A stretch of 64,000 bases of DNA from Candidatus Bathyarchaeota archaeon (GTDB lineage: Archaea; Thermoproteota; Bathyarchaeia; Bathyarchaeales; Bathycorpusculaceae), in contig CAWFFH010000003.1 in assembly GCA_963815095.1 (NCBI GenBank), forward strand, positions 992,001 to 1,056,000, read 5' to 3'. Below, piece by piece: positions 28,868 to 40,074 of the stretch. A program made the translations under genes and the position numbers. The notes beneath the pieces were generated by a model. That model ran no database searches, was not told the DNA's origin, and saw only the letters and a program-made list of their open reading frames with translations. The first letter of the stretch is position 1, and the number at the start of each line of letters is the position of its first letter.

Positions 28868-28873
28868 TTAACC

Positions 28874-29683
28874 ATGCTGTTTGTTATTAAGATGGGCGGA
28901 AGTATCCTAAAAGAAGGAGCCTCAACCGACCTAATCGCCGACCTAAAAGAAGTTGCAAAAACCAACAAAATTATCCTTGTTCACGGCGGAGGTGTCGAAG
29001 TCACCGAAATCGCTTCCAAGTTGGGCAAAGAACAAAAATTCATCATGTCCCCTGAAGGTTTTCGCAGCCGCTATACCGACAAAGAAACCATAGAAATCTA
29101 CACCATGGTTATGGCGGGCAAAATCAACAAGCAAATAGTGTTAGCCCTGCAAAGCCAAGGTATCGCAGCTGTCGGTTTGAGTGGACTTGACGCGGGAATA
29201 TTGAAAGCCGAACGGAAAACCAAGCTGATCGCGGTGGACGAACGCGGAAGAAAGAAAGTCATGGACGGCGGCTATACAGGCAAAATTACTCAAGTCAATA
29301 CCGAATTACTAAACCTGTTGCTTGGGAACGGTTACCTGCCAATAGTGACGCCTATTGCACTCAGCCAAGACTTTGAGCCTCTAAACGTAGATGGCGACCG
29401 AACCGCAGCCATAATCGCAGGTGCCCTAAAAGCAGACAAACTAATCCTCTTAACCGATGTTGAAGGCTTAATGCTGAAAGGTGAACGGGTTCCAAAAATT
29501 GCGGCAACCGAGGTCAAAGAGGTCTTATCCAAAATCGGTGGCGGTATGAGCACCAAAATCCATGCTGGACTAGAAGCCCTAAATCAGGGAGTCAAAGAAG
29601 TCCTAGTTACTTCAGGAACTATTAAGCAGCCGATTACTTCAGCTATCAATCATCAGGTTGGAACTGTGATAACCAGTGAATGA
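28874..29683 (+). CDS. lysZ: [LysW]-aminoadipate/glutamate kinase (ArgB family)
   Basis: KMGGS, VHGGG, SPEG.RSRYTD, NVDGD, GGM. Confidence 0.93.
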   Translation: MLFVIKMGGSILKEGASTDLIADLKEVAKTNKIILVHGGGVEVTEIASKLGKEQKFIMSPEGFRSRYTDKETIEIYTMVMAGKINKQIVLALQSQGIAAVGLSGLDAGILKAERKTKLIAVDERGRKKVMDGGYTGKITQVNTELLNLLLGNGYLPIVTPIALSQDFEPLNVDGDRTAAIIAGALKADKLILLTDVEGLMLKGERVPKIAATEVKEVLSKIGGGMSTKIHAGLEALNQGVKEVLVTSGTIKQPITSAINHQVGTVITSE

Positions 29684-30887
29684 AAAAACTATAATGGAAA
29701 CTGAAAACCGCTACTTGGCAAACGTCTTCGCCAAAAAACCAGTTGTAATTACTCGCGGCAAAGGTGCGCTTCTATGGGACATCAACGGCACAGAATACGT
29801 CGATTGCGCCAGCAGCTACGGTGTTGCAGCTTTGGGTCATTGTCACCCAAAGATTGTGGCGGCAGTAAAAGCTCAGGCTGAAAAACTCATCACCTGTCAC
29901 AGCTGCTATTATAACGATAAACGAGCAGAATTTATAGAGAAATTAGTGAAGATAACGCCTAAAGGTTTGGACAAAGCTTTCCTCTCAAATAGCGGGGCTG
30001 AATCAGTTGAATGCGCTATAAAACTTGCCCGCAAATACACTGGAAAACCCGAAATTATCGCTATGATGGGTGCGTTCCACGGTAAGACTATGGGCGCCTT
30101 GTCGGCGACTTGGGATAAAAAGTACCGCGAACCCTTCATGCCTCTCATACCAGAAGTTAAGCACGTTGCTCCAGATAATGCAGATAAAATCCGCGAAGCC
30201 ATAACCGACAAAACCGCCGCTGTCCTCATGGAGCCGATTCGTGGTGAAGGCGGCGTTCGTGTTCCGCCAGATGGCTATTTGCAGGCAGTGCGGGAGATCT
30301 GCGATGAAAAAGGTGTTCTGTTAATCTTTGACGAAGTTCAAACGAGCTTTGGTCGTACTGGTAAACTGTTCGGTTGCCAAAATTGGAATGTTACTCCCGA
30401 TGTTATGTGTTTAGCAAAACCTTTCGCTGGAGGGTTACCAATTGGCATAACTGTGGCAAAAGAAAATGTCATGTCTGCGCTAAAAATTGGTGAGCACTCG
30501 ACCACTTTCAGCGGAAGCCCCCTGGTTTGCGCAGCAGGATGCGCCGCAATAGATGCACTCTTGGAAGAAAAGTTGGCTGAGAAAGCCGCTGTTAACGGCA
30601 AATATTTCAAATCACAGTTAGAGGGGTTTCAGGCTAAGCATAAAATCATCAAGGAAGTCCGCGGATTAGGCTTAATGTTAGGCATGGAGCTTCGGTTTGA
30701 TGTTCACAACGTTATCTTGAAGGCCCAGGCAAAGGGTGTTTTGATACTGGATGCGGGCAGAACCGTAGTTCGCCTATTGCCCCCACTTGTAATCGAGAAG
30801 CAACAAATTGACAAAGCTATCACAGTTTTAGATACCATTATAGGAGAAGAAGAAAATGAGCGAGCAAGCAATACGGTTCCTAACTAA
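29676..30887 (+). CDS. lysJ: [LysW]-semialdehyde aminotransferase (class III, ArgD family)
   Basis: NSGAES, FHGKT, EPI.GEGG, DEVQT, AK. Confidence 0.92.
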   Translation: MNEKTIMETENRYLANVFAKKPVVITRGKGALLWDINGTEYVDCASSYGVAALGHCHPKIVAAVKAQAEKLITCHSCYYNDKRAEFIEKLVKITPKGLDKAFLSNSGAESVECAIKLARKYTGKPEIIAMMGAFHGKTMGALSATWDKKYREPFMPLIPEVKHVAPDNADKIREAITDKTAAVLMEPIRGEGGVRVPPDGYLQAVREICDEKGVLLIFDEVQTSFGRTGKLFGCQNWNVTPDVMCLAKPFAGGLPIGITVAKENVMSALKIGEHSTTFSGSPLVCAAGCAAIDALLEEKLAEKAAVNGKYFKSQLEGFQAKHKIIKEVRGLGLMLGMELRFDVHNVILKAQAKGVLILDAGRTVVRLLPPLVIEKQQIDKAITVLDTIIGEEENERASNTVPN

Positions 30888-31992
30888 CCTCTTAGGTATC
30901 TATAGCCCATCAGGCAAGGAAGAGGATGCAGCTAACTTCTTAGATTCCGAAATGAAGAAGATGGGATTTGAAGTTGGCAAAGACACCATGGGAAATGTAA
31001 TCGGTGTAGTCGGGGAGGGCGAACCCGTTATCCTTTTGTGTGGTCACATGGATACAGTGGCTGGGCATATGCCGCTTCGCATTGAAGAAGGCAAAATCTA
31101 CGCTCGAGGCGCCGTCGATGCGAAGGGTCCACTTGCAGCTATGATTATGGCTGCCCTCGCCGCAGACAAAGAGCCTGGATTTAAAGGCAAAATCTTGGTC
31201 GCTGCAGTCGTTGAAGAGGAAGCTACCAGCCGAGGCGTCAAGCATCTCATCACACAAGGAATTACAGCCGATTATGCAGTTTTTGGTGAACCCAGCGGCG
31301 TCGAAAACGTAACCATTGGCTACAAAGGACAAATCCAACTAAAAATAGTCCTCAAAACCGAGACCGGACATGCCTCCACACCCTGGCTCTATGATAATTC
31401 TCTGGAAAAATCCTATGAGCTTTGGCAACAAATCAAAAATGCCTCTTCATATCCATCGCTCGATCCTTCAGCAAGCCCATACAACGCTGTCACAGCATGT
31501 TTAGTTAAAATGATTGGTGGCAGAGCCACCTCAGTGGTTCCTTTTGAGGCAGAAATGAACCTCGACGTTCGAGTTCCCATTCAGTTCTCGACAGCTCAGG
31601 TGTTTGAGCAGATAACCAAAATAATCACAAAGTACCAAGCTGCCAATCCAAAAGTTAACGTTAAAGCAACCGTTCTTGACACAGTTGAGCCTTTTGAAGT
31701 TAACAAAGCTTCACCTCTAGTCCACGTTTTGGCCTCGTCTGTACGAAAAGTGCTAAACAAACCCGCAACGCTTCTACACAAAACAGGAACCGGCGACATG
31801 AACATTTTGGGAAAAGCCATGAACCTCCCCATAGTCACTTATGGACCTGGCGACTCTCACCTTGACCACACCTTAGACGAAAACATCGAAGTAAGCGAAT
31901 ACTTAGATTCAATTGCTGTCTACAAAGAAATGCTCTTTAAACTATCAGAGTTGCATAACAACAAAAACGTCGGCAACCAAGCAGTCCAGTAG
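30856..31992 (+). CDS. lysK: [LysW]-lysine/ornithine hydrolase (M20 family)
   Basis: GHMDTV, GAVDAKG, EEE, GEPSG, YGPGDS.LDHT. Confidence 0.92.
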   Translation: MSEQAIRFLTNLLGIYSPSGKEEDAANFLDSEMKKMGFEVGKDTMGNVIGVVGEGEPVILLCGHMDTVAGHMPLRIEEGKIYARGAVDAKGPLAAMIMAALAADKEPGFKGKILVAAVVEEEATSRGVKHLITQGITADYAVFGEPSGVENVTIGYKGQIQLKIVLKTETGHASTPWLYDNSLEKSYELWQQIKNASSYPSLDPSASPYNAVTACLVKMIGGRATSVVPFEAEMNLDVRVPIQFSTAQVFEQITKIITKYQAANPKVNVKATVLDTVEPFEVNKASPLVHVLASSVRKVLNKPATLLHKTGTGDMNILGKAMNLPIVTYGPGDSHLDHTLDENIEVSEYLDSIAVYKEMLFKLSELHNNKNVGNQAVQ

Positions 31993-32036
31993 GTTTTAGA
32001 GTTTAAACCCCAATAGACCTGTGCTGAGGCACAAAG

Positions 32037-32360
32037 GTGAAGAAAGATAATTTTGTATCGTCCATAAAGGAAAGGGAACTTGAGGAAGGCCACATGAAGG
32101 CTGTGAGGGTTAAAGGCAAACCTCTTTTGCTTGTGCGACAAGGTGGCGAAGTATTCGGGCTATCAAACCTTTGTCCCCACATGGGTTGCACCTTGCAAGG
32201 CGGCATACTGCATGAGTACATTGTTATGTGCCCCTGTCATGGATGGAAATTCGATATAAGAAACGGACAATACGTCGAAAACAAGCAAACCACTCTGCAA
32301 ACGTATCGTTGCAAAATCGAAGAAGGAAAAATATTCGTAGAAATTGAAAAACCCAAATAA
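32037..32360 (+). CDS. Rieske [2Fe-2S] ferredoxin
   Basis: CPHMG...CPCHGW. Confidence 0.9.
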   Translation: MKKDNFVSSIKERELEEGHMKAVRVKGKPLLLVRQGGEVFGLSNLCPHMGCTLQGGILHEYIVMCPCHGWKFDIRNGQYVENKQTTLQTYRCKIEEGKIFVEIEKPK

Positions 32361-32848
32361 TTAAACCCTTGAGCTTAGACTAATACATAATTCTTATCAT
32401 GCTGTTTTTAGGGTAAACCTTGGAATTTAATTACTGAAAAATATTTTTTTGTACATTTTCGTGTTCAATGTAATCAAAAAAATAAGAAACCAACCTTGCA
32501 GAAAATGCCGCGACGCAGTTGACATTGCCTATAAGCAGCTTTTGTTCTTAGTGTGGATTCCCGAGGTTGAGAAATTATGTATGCCCCAATTGTGATTGAT
32601 TGCCAAACACAAAAAGAAACAGTAAGTTGTGGATATTGTATTGTAAAAGAAAACTGTCATCTCCGACTGCAATTAGAATATAAAATAAAGTCAGTGGAAA
32701 TGGTAGAGTTGTCACCAAGTTTGATGGTTCCTCTTCTGCTGATGCGAGTGTAATTATAAGAAATCGGGTTTTGGTAATGCCTTTAAACGTAAGCAACGTA
32801 AATACAATAATTCAGGTTAGTTTAGGCTAAGAGCGTTAACTAAGAGAG

Positions 32849-35800
32849 GTGGGCAATTGGTTGAGTGAGGATGACTTAAATTTAGAGCATTTACACAAAA
32901 AAAAGCGAAGCAAAGACTCCTTAACTGCTTCTGGAATCGCAGAGTACATCCGATTCAACTGTTGCCCCAGATTTTTTAAACTAAAGCTCCAAGACAACGA
33001 CGAAACAGACGATCGCAAATGGCCCATTTTCAAGCATATCAGCCCCCTACTCTCCGATGTTGGAAAGGGACTCGAAGAGAAAAAAGTGGAAGAACTCGCA
33101 GCCAAGGCATTGGAATACCACGATTTTAACAAGTACACGGAGAACGAAAAGGCATCTTTCGACAACCTGCGTGAAATCATTGAAAAACATGTTTCCTCAA
33201 AAGAAAACGTCGACGGTAAACCTGTTCTGCTCTATCAGGTTCCAATGATAGGCAAGATTGGAGTTTGGAAAGTTAAGGGCATAGCTGATTTAATAGCTAT
33301 TTGGCAAAGCAAAGAGGGAAAATTGAAGGTAAGAATTTTTGAGCTCAAGTCTTCTTGGCTGGAGCAGACTGCCCACCGAATACAAGTAGCCATCTACGTA
33401 CTGCTCCTATCAAAAGAGTTAGCGAACATACTGCCTAAAATCGAAATCGAAGGCGGAGTAATCAATAGAGAGACTAATTTGGAAAATCTGACTCCAGAAA
33501 TCTTGCCCAAATTCAAGCTCAGCCCCTTAATTCAAGATGTTGAGCGACTGCTTGCAGAAAATGGCGAGTTAAATCGGGTTCATAACACTCCTCTGCCTGA
33601 AGTTGAATATCAGTTATGTTCAAGATGCGACAACTGCGGCTTCAACGAATACTGCATAGTCTACTCGGTTGAAAATGAAAGTATTGCGCTTCTTAATTTG
33701 AGCAGGGGCGAACAGCGAGCGCTTGGGCATTATGGAGTTAAACGGCTTGAGGATTTGGCAAAATTGAAGGTTGTGATGGACTCCAGCGATTTGCGCCCCA
33801 ATGACTTCAAAGGCATCCCAGCCAAGGAGGCAGAGAAATCACGTGAAATCGCCACTGACCGAGTGGTAGGCGCCAAACTGGATTGGCTGGTTCAGCGGGC
33901 CCAGTATATGCTTGGTGGAATCCGACCCAATAGCCCAAACGCTGCCAAAGGCAAGTATATGCCGTGGTTGACGGGAACAGGCTACGGAGGGCTACCAGAG
34001 GATGGTCCATCCAACGGCGTGGATTCTGCGCTACTGTTCCGCCCAGATAGCATGATACGTGTCTACCTTTTCGTTGAACGCGATTACATGCTCGATGTCA
34101 TATCGATGATTAGTGCCAGAGTTGACTGCACCCGCAATAAAGGCGACCCAATTGGTGTATCGCATGTCATTGCCAACCTTCCCGACGACCGACAAGAATG
34201 TTTAGATGAGGAGAAAACGCTGCTGGAATCCTTCTTCAAAGACCTTACTGTCGCCATCACCAAAGTCGCCAACGAAGTCGGCAGCCCCGACGAAGTCCCC
34301 ATCCACTTGTACTTCTTTAGCCGAGGCGAACGAGACGTGCTCATGGAAGCCGTCCGCCGCCAACCATCTTTGAGCAGTCACATGGCGATAAGGGACCTTT
34401 TGGGGTTACGTCAAGCTATAGACCAACCCATGTTCTCAATAATCAAAGACGAAGTAATGCATAGAAAAGCCCTCAAGTTCCACAGCACTGGATTGCTGCC
34501 AATCCTTGAGCAAGCATGTTTCTTCGAGAGGAACCTCGCTTGGAAAGTCACACGCAAAGACGGCTCAACAGTGGATTTAAGCCAGGTTTTCCGCGACGGA
34601 CTCTTCAACTATACCCTTCCTTTCTGCAGAAACCCTGATGGAACAATCCATTTTCTGGAAGGCGGCAAGGGGCGCAGCGAAGGATACTATCCAGCTCGGG
34701 CAAGGTTTGGCAACCAAATCCCCATCGAGTACCTCTGGGCAGCTAAAAACCGCCTAGACGATCCCAAGAAAAGGTTCTGCTTGAAAAACACAAATGGTGC
34801 GACTATCCGCAAAGAACAAGACGCATCACCGATGAAGAATTAAACCTAATGGGTTTAAAGCTTTGCATGGCAATGGAGCTCATAGAGCGGTCATTGTCCA
34901 TCCGAAACAGGCGCCTTGGAAAAAAGCCCATACCTGTTCCCACAATAGCGAATTTCTCTTTGGGCGCAGCGACGTTGAAGCGTGGCTGCTTAGAGATTTT
35001 TGGATTTAGAGTACTTCTCTAAGCGCCAAGAAATGTATCAGCACTACGCTTTGCTTCCCTACCAGAGAGTAGCTTCGGGGCAGGTCGCTGATTTTTGAGT
35101 GCACAGCAATCGCAGAGTACGAGAAAGATTTTGTTGTCAGCGGAAAACTAATCTACGAAGGTATAGGGTTGCCAAAATCAGACTGCATCGCCAACGCCTG
35201 CAGAGTTAAAGGCTGCTGATGGCTCAAGTTCAGGCGACTGGATGGTTGTAACTGAACTTAAACGCAGGGAGACGGGGCAGTTTGAGGAAGCCCAGAAGCG
35301 GTCGCCTGCTGAAGTGGAAAAATCCGCCCGAGCAATAGTTGACAAAGTGGACGTGCGAAAATTCGAAGTAGTCATCAAAGTGGTTACTTGGCCGAGTGGC
35401 AAAGGCAGAAAATACAGCGCCTGGCACAACCTCCCAACCACCGACCCAGAGAAAGCAAAAAGCAACTTTCATGCAACTCTTCGAAGCTGGTCGAATCTAC
35501 ATTCTGGATGAGTTGGCTGATGACATCATTTCGGATAGAGCAGCTAAATGCCTTGACTACGCAGGCAACAACGTGCTATACTGGTTGCTTTCAGATTATC
35601 TTAGCGGGAAATCCGAGTCTTCAGTTCACAAGTGCATTGCCAAGGGATGCCGCTTTGCCTTTTCTTGGTTGGGTTGAAAAAAGGCGTTTTCCGCCTAAAG
35701 CTGAGCAGCAAGGTTTCATCGAGCGGGTTTTCGGTAAGGAGCAGGTTGTTATGCTTGCAGGGTCCACCTGGAACGGGAAAGACTGAGACTTTGCAGTTGG

Positions 35801-37183
35801 CAGTTTTAGCACATGTTGCCGCCCACAGAGCAAATGGCAGGTGCAGGGTGCTTATGGTTGCTCCAACCCACAAGGCAATTCAAGAGTTTGTTAGCAAACT
35901 CGCAAGGTGCTGGCAAGAATACTGCCAAGCAGGCGGCAACGACTTAAAAGACCTGAAAATTTACCGAGTGCTGAGCAGTTCCACTTCATCATGCTAAACC
36001 TATTGACGGAGTGACATACGTCAACTATAATGAAGACGAAGAAACAGTTCAGGAACTCACAGATTGCTTGATGAACCAGGCAACATTAACCTCTAACTCT
36101 TCAGGTTCAGACCCATTGATTTTATGCCTTACTCCTCCAGGCTTATACGGGTTAATGAAGAAAATCGGTGACTCTGAACCTCCTTGGGGTGAGAGCTTCT
36201 TTGACTTGCTCGTAGTAGACGAAGCAAGCATGATGCGTTTGCCCGAACTGATTCTTTCAGGCTCATTCCTGTCAAAGAGTAGCCAGATTCTCGTTGCAGG
36301 AGACCATCGTCAGTTGCCTCCAATTCAAGCGCACAACTGGGAAAAAGAAGACCGCCGAACACTCGAAGAAATGGCCTCTTTCCTCTCAGCCATGGATTTC
36401 CTACGTTTGCTCCGCCAAGAAGACCTCGGCATTGAACGGATTAGTTGTAAACATCCCGCTGACATTCCTGCTGAACGATTGTGTGAAAGCCACCGATGTC
36501 ACTCGGTCGTGGCGGAGTTTTTGCGAGAATGGGTGTACGAAAAGGATAAGATTGATTTTCGCTCCGACCAAAAACAAACTTTGGCAACTTCGAAGCCTAA
36601 GACGGATGGTTTAGGGGTGGTTTTGGAACCAGAAAACGTTTTCGTGTTGATTGTGCATGATGAGGCTGAGAGTTTCCAGTCAAATCTTGTTGAGGCTTTG
36701 ATTGTCGAGGCATTGGTTCGAAACGTGCAAGCTGAGGGTGTAGGAGTGATTACGCCCCATAATGCCCAGAAGGGATTGCTAAAGAATATGCTTTCTGAGG
36801 GTTGCGAAAACGTCCGAATCGACACAGTTGAGCGGTATCAGGGCGGCGAAGCAGACTGCATAATCATCTCATCCACCGTCAGCGACCCCGACTACGTTCG
36901 CAGCGAAAGCGATTTCCTGCTTAATCTAAACAGGATTAACGTTGCTATTTCACGAATGAAGAAAAAACTGATTATTATTGCGAGCAGGTCAATCTTTGAG
37001 TTTATGCCTCAAGACGCCAAGGACTACGACAAGGCTTTGCTGTGGCGAGGGATTTCGCAGACCGTTGGATTTACGGCTGACTCAAAAGCGCAATGGACTG
37101 GGGCTCTCTCAGAGTTTCTGGGGCAAGCAGCTTCTCCAGTAAAAGTTGAAGTCTATGTTAAATCAGAAAAGAAGCCAAAATAA
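32849..37183 (+). pseudogene. Frameshifted PD-(D/E)xK nuclease / SF1B (Dna2/Upf1-like) helicase fusion, about 1440 aa if repaired
   Basis: IADL..FELK nuclease motif with CC..CDNC..C cysteines; GPPGTGKT (35761), DEAS, GDHRQLPP, TVERYQG, NVAISR; about 8 frameshifts in 34770-35995. Confidence 0.8.
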
Positions 37184-37257
37184 TTCTTAAAACGCTTCAT
37201 TTTCTTCTCCAAAAGCCGTACAAAAGCAATTAAACTAGAAAAAATAATTTACCCATC

Positions 37258-37425
37258 ATGGCTCAAGAGGTTCCAAACGATTTAAATGACCTAATCGTCC
37301 GGTTTGTTCAAACTTACGGCAACATCATTGACTTAGAGCTGGACGAAAACCCTGAACCTAAACTCTGGTTCATGCCACTAAAAACCTATGAGGCCAAAAG
37401 AAAATTCCAATTGTTGTTGTATTGA
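37258..37425 (+). CDS. Small ORF or possible truncated gene (55 aa, MAQEVPNDLNDLIVRFVQTYGNIIDLELDENPEPKLWF...)
   Basis: Translated by hand; protein-like N-terminus, abrupt end. Confidence 0.35.
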   Translation: MAQEVPNDLNDLIVRFVQTYGNIIDLELDENPEPKLWFMPLKTYEAKRKFQLLLY

Positions 37426-37521
37426 CCCATCCACATACCTTTAAACGTTAACTTGAGATCTTTATTGCTAATTATCACCAGATTTTCTTTATAACTAATA
37501 ATCTTTGATAGGTGGAGTTGG

Positions 37522-37905
37522 ATGGACGACGAAAAAAAGCGTATCCTTGTAGTTGATGATGATGTAAATATTTTGAGGGTTTTCAAAAGTATTCTGCAAA
37601 AAGAAGGTTACATAGTTGAGACAGCTGAGACGGGCTTCGCTGCTCTTGAAAAAATTAAGAACGAAAAGTTTAGTGTCTGCATATTTGATGTTAGGCTTCC
37701 TGATATGGATGGAACTGAGCTTCTCTCAAAGATGGCGAATGATTTGGAAACTATCAAAATTATAGTCACTGGCTTCTCCTCCGACGAAGTTGGAAAAAGA
37801 GCTGCTGATTTTGGTGCCGACGACTTTCTAGTTAAACCAGTGAAAGCTGAGGAACTCATAGCTACTGTACGAGACAGGTTAAGCACAAAAGAAAAAGAAA
37901 ACTAA
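37522..37905 (+). CDS. Stand-alone response regulator receiver
   Basis: ILVVDDD, D.RLPDMDG, TG, KP. Confidence 0.92.
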   Translation: MDDEKKRILVVDDDVNILRVFKSILQKEGYIVETAETGFAALEKIKNEKFSVCIFDVRLPDMDGTELLSKMANDLETIKIIVTGFSSDEVGKRAADFGADDFLVKPVKAEELIATVRDRLSTKEKEN

Positions 37906-38154
37906 ATTTCCTAGGCAACCCGACAATTTTAAGAGTTTGCTCCAATCGTGTTACAAAAAGAACTAAGCTGGTAAAGCGCAACTAGACTTTTTTCGTTCTT
38001 CTTTTAGAAAGCCCTTGACTGCATGAGCTTATTTGGGTAAGACAACTTTTGATTTGTGGTTATTTTATTGGACTGTCTGAATTAGAGTTTTTTCCAAAAA
38101 CATTAAATTACCTTTTCTATTGTGTTATTATGTTCCTGAGTACTCATTAGGAGA

Positions 38155-40074
38155 ATGTTTATGAAAATCATTTCTAAACCTGATTTTCAAGCGTTTGTTA
38201 ATAATTTAATAAAAGATGATTCTTTGGATGTTATTGGCGTGAAAGAGAGAGGCAACAAATTCGCCTTTGCGCCTCTTGAAACAGCCGAGGAACTGCGGCT
38301 AGACTACGATGTCACTTTGCTTCCGCCAAAAAAATATTTCTTTCCCCAACGAGAAACATTGTTCACTTATGCTTTATCGGGCGGATTTTCAGCCAAAAAA
38401 CCCGACGAAGAAAAACCTATGGTGCTAATTGGTGTTCACCCCTATGATATTGTCGCTATGCTTCACATGGACGAAATATTTAGGGAAACAAAATCGGACC
38501 CTTATTACTTCAAGAAACGTGAATCAACCATAATTATAGGTGTTAACATTCAAAAACTGTCAAAATGGAATTTCTCTTCATACATGGGGTCTTCTTCCGT
38601 TGACTATGGCTTCGATCTTATGTTAACCGACTTGGGTAACCGATACGTCGTAAACGTTGGATCTCAAAAAGGTGAAGATCTACTATCCAAATATGCAAAC
38701 AACGTGACCACAGCTTTGGCTCGCGATATACAAGTTGCTGGACAGAAAAAAAATGAAATAATGAACCTCTCACAGCAAAAATTCGACTTTTCCCCAGAAC
38801 TAATTCCAGAACTGCTCAAAGATAGCTATGGGAAAAGCGGATTTTGGGAAAAGCACTCCGAAAAATGTCTCGCTTGCGGCTCATGTGTCCTAGTATGCCC
38901 CACCTGCTACTGCTTTGACGTTAAAGATAACCCTGACCTAACTTTAGAGGCAGGAGAAAGAATCCGAACATGGGATGGTTGTTTACTTGAAGATTTCGCC
39001 AAGATTGCTTCAGGAGAAAACTTCCGTGCGACCAGACCAACAAGGTATCGTCATCGTTACTTCAAAAAAGGAAAATACCTCTTTGACCGCTTCGGATTTG
39101 TCTCCTGCGTCGGATGTGGAAGATGCTCATCTAACTGCCTTCCAAACATAGCCAACCCAGTTGACTTATTCAACGACATGTATCATGAAAGCCAAAACGG
39201 TAGTCAGCTAACACTTTCAGCAGCTCCAGACATCAACATTCAAACTGAAGGAAACATTAACTTCGTACCAAAACTGGCAACCATAGTCAAAAAGACCCCA
39301 ATGACTGCCCTCGAAACACTCTTTGAAATAAAATTAGACGACGAATCAGGGCTTAACCATAAACCAGGCCAGTTCGTTGAAGTTTCAGTGTTCGGCATAG
39401 GCGAAGCACCAATATCCTTGTCCTCTTCACCAACCAAAAAAGACACCTTCGAAATCTGCGTACGAAAACTGGGAAATGTTACCTCAAAATTGCATACACT
39501 CAATGCGGGCGATAAAGTCGGAATCAGAGGACCTTTCGGCAACGGTTTTGATGTTAATTCTCTTAAAAACAAGGACCTAATGTTCATTGCAGGTGGTCTT
39601 GGCATAGCTCCTCTTAGATCACTATTCAACTATGTGTTAGACAATCGGAAAGATTATGGGCGTGTCTTTCTGCTTTACGGTTGCAAAGAACCAAAGGAAT
39701 TGCTTTTCGGTGAAGAAATAGCTGCGTTGGCTTCCAGAAGTGATGTGGAGTTAAAAGCCACTGTTAACTGGTGCCCTGAAAACGAAGCTTGGAGCGGCAG
39801 TATTGGAGTAATCACAACTCTTATTCCCCAGATTTCCTTTGACCCAGAGCACACTCTCGCCATACTTTGCGGTCCCCCAGTTATGTACAAATTCGTAATT
39901 GCAGATCTTAAAGCCAAAAAAGTTCCAGATGACCACATAATAATGTCGCTTGAACGCAGAATGAAATGCGGAGTAGGAAAATGCGGGCACTGCCAAATCA
40001 ACCAAATCTATGTCTGCAAGGATGGTCCTGTGTTTAATTATGCAAAAATAAAAGGTGTTCCGGAGGCGCTATAA
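38155..40074 (+). CDS. hydB/hydG: Group 3b [NiFe] hydrogenase fused beta (4Fe-4S) and gamma (FAD/NAD(P), 2Fe-2S) subunits
   Basis: CLACGSC..CPTCYC and CVGCGRC..C, then PGQF, GPFGNGF, GGLG.AP, CGP, MKCGVGKCGHC. Confidence 0.9.
   Translation: MFMKIISKPDFQAFVNNLIKDDSLDVIGVKERGNKFAFAPLETAEELRLDYDVTLLPPKKYFFPQRETLFTYALSGGFSAKKPDEEKPMVLIGVHPYDIVAMLHMDEIFRETKSDPYYFKKRESTIIIGVNIQKLSKWNFSSYMGSSSVDYGFDLMLTDLGNRYVVNVGSQKGEDLLSKYANNVTTALARDIQVAGQKKNEIMNLSQQKFDFSPELIPELLKDSYGKSGFWEKHSEKCLACGSCVLVCPTCYCFDVKDNPDLTLEAGERIRTWDGCLLEDFAKIASGENFRATRPTRYRHRYFKKGKYLFDRFGFVSCVGCGRCSSNCLPNIANPVDLFNDMYHESQNGSQLTLSAAPDINIQTEGNINFVPKLATIVKKTPMTALETLFEIKLDDESGLNHKPGQFVEVSVFGIGEAPISLSSSPTKKDTFEICVRKLGNVTSKLHTLNAGDKVGIRGPFGNGFDVNSLKNKDLMFIAGGLGIAPLRSLFNYVLDNRKDYGRVFLLYGCKEPKELLFGEEIAALASRSDVELKATVNWCPENEAWSGSIGVITTLIPQISFDPEHTLAILCGPPVMYKFVIADLKAKKVPDDHIIMSLERRMKCGVGKCGHCQINQIYVCKDGPVFNYAKIKGVPEAL

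Noticed and set aside
34770-35995. Programmed ribosomal frameshifting in the helicase gene
   Set aside because: Eight shifts without consistent slippery sites is implausible; error or decay is simpler.
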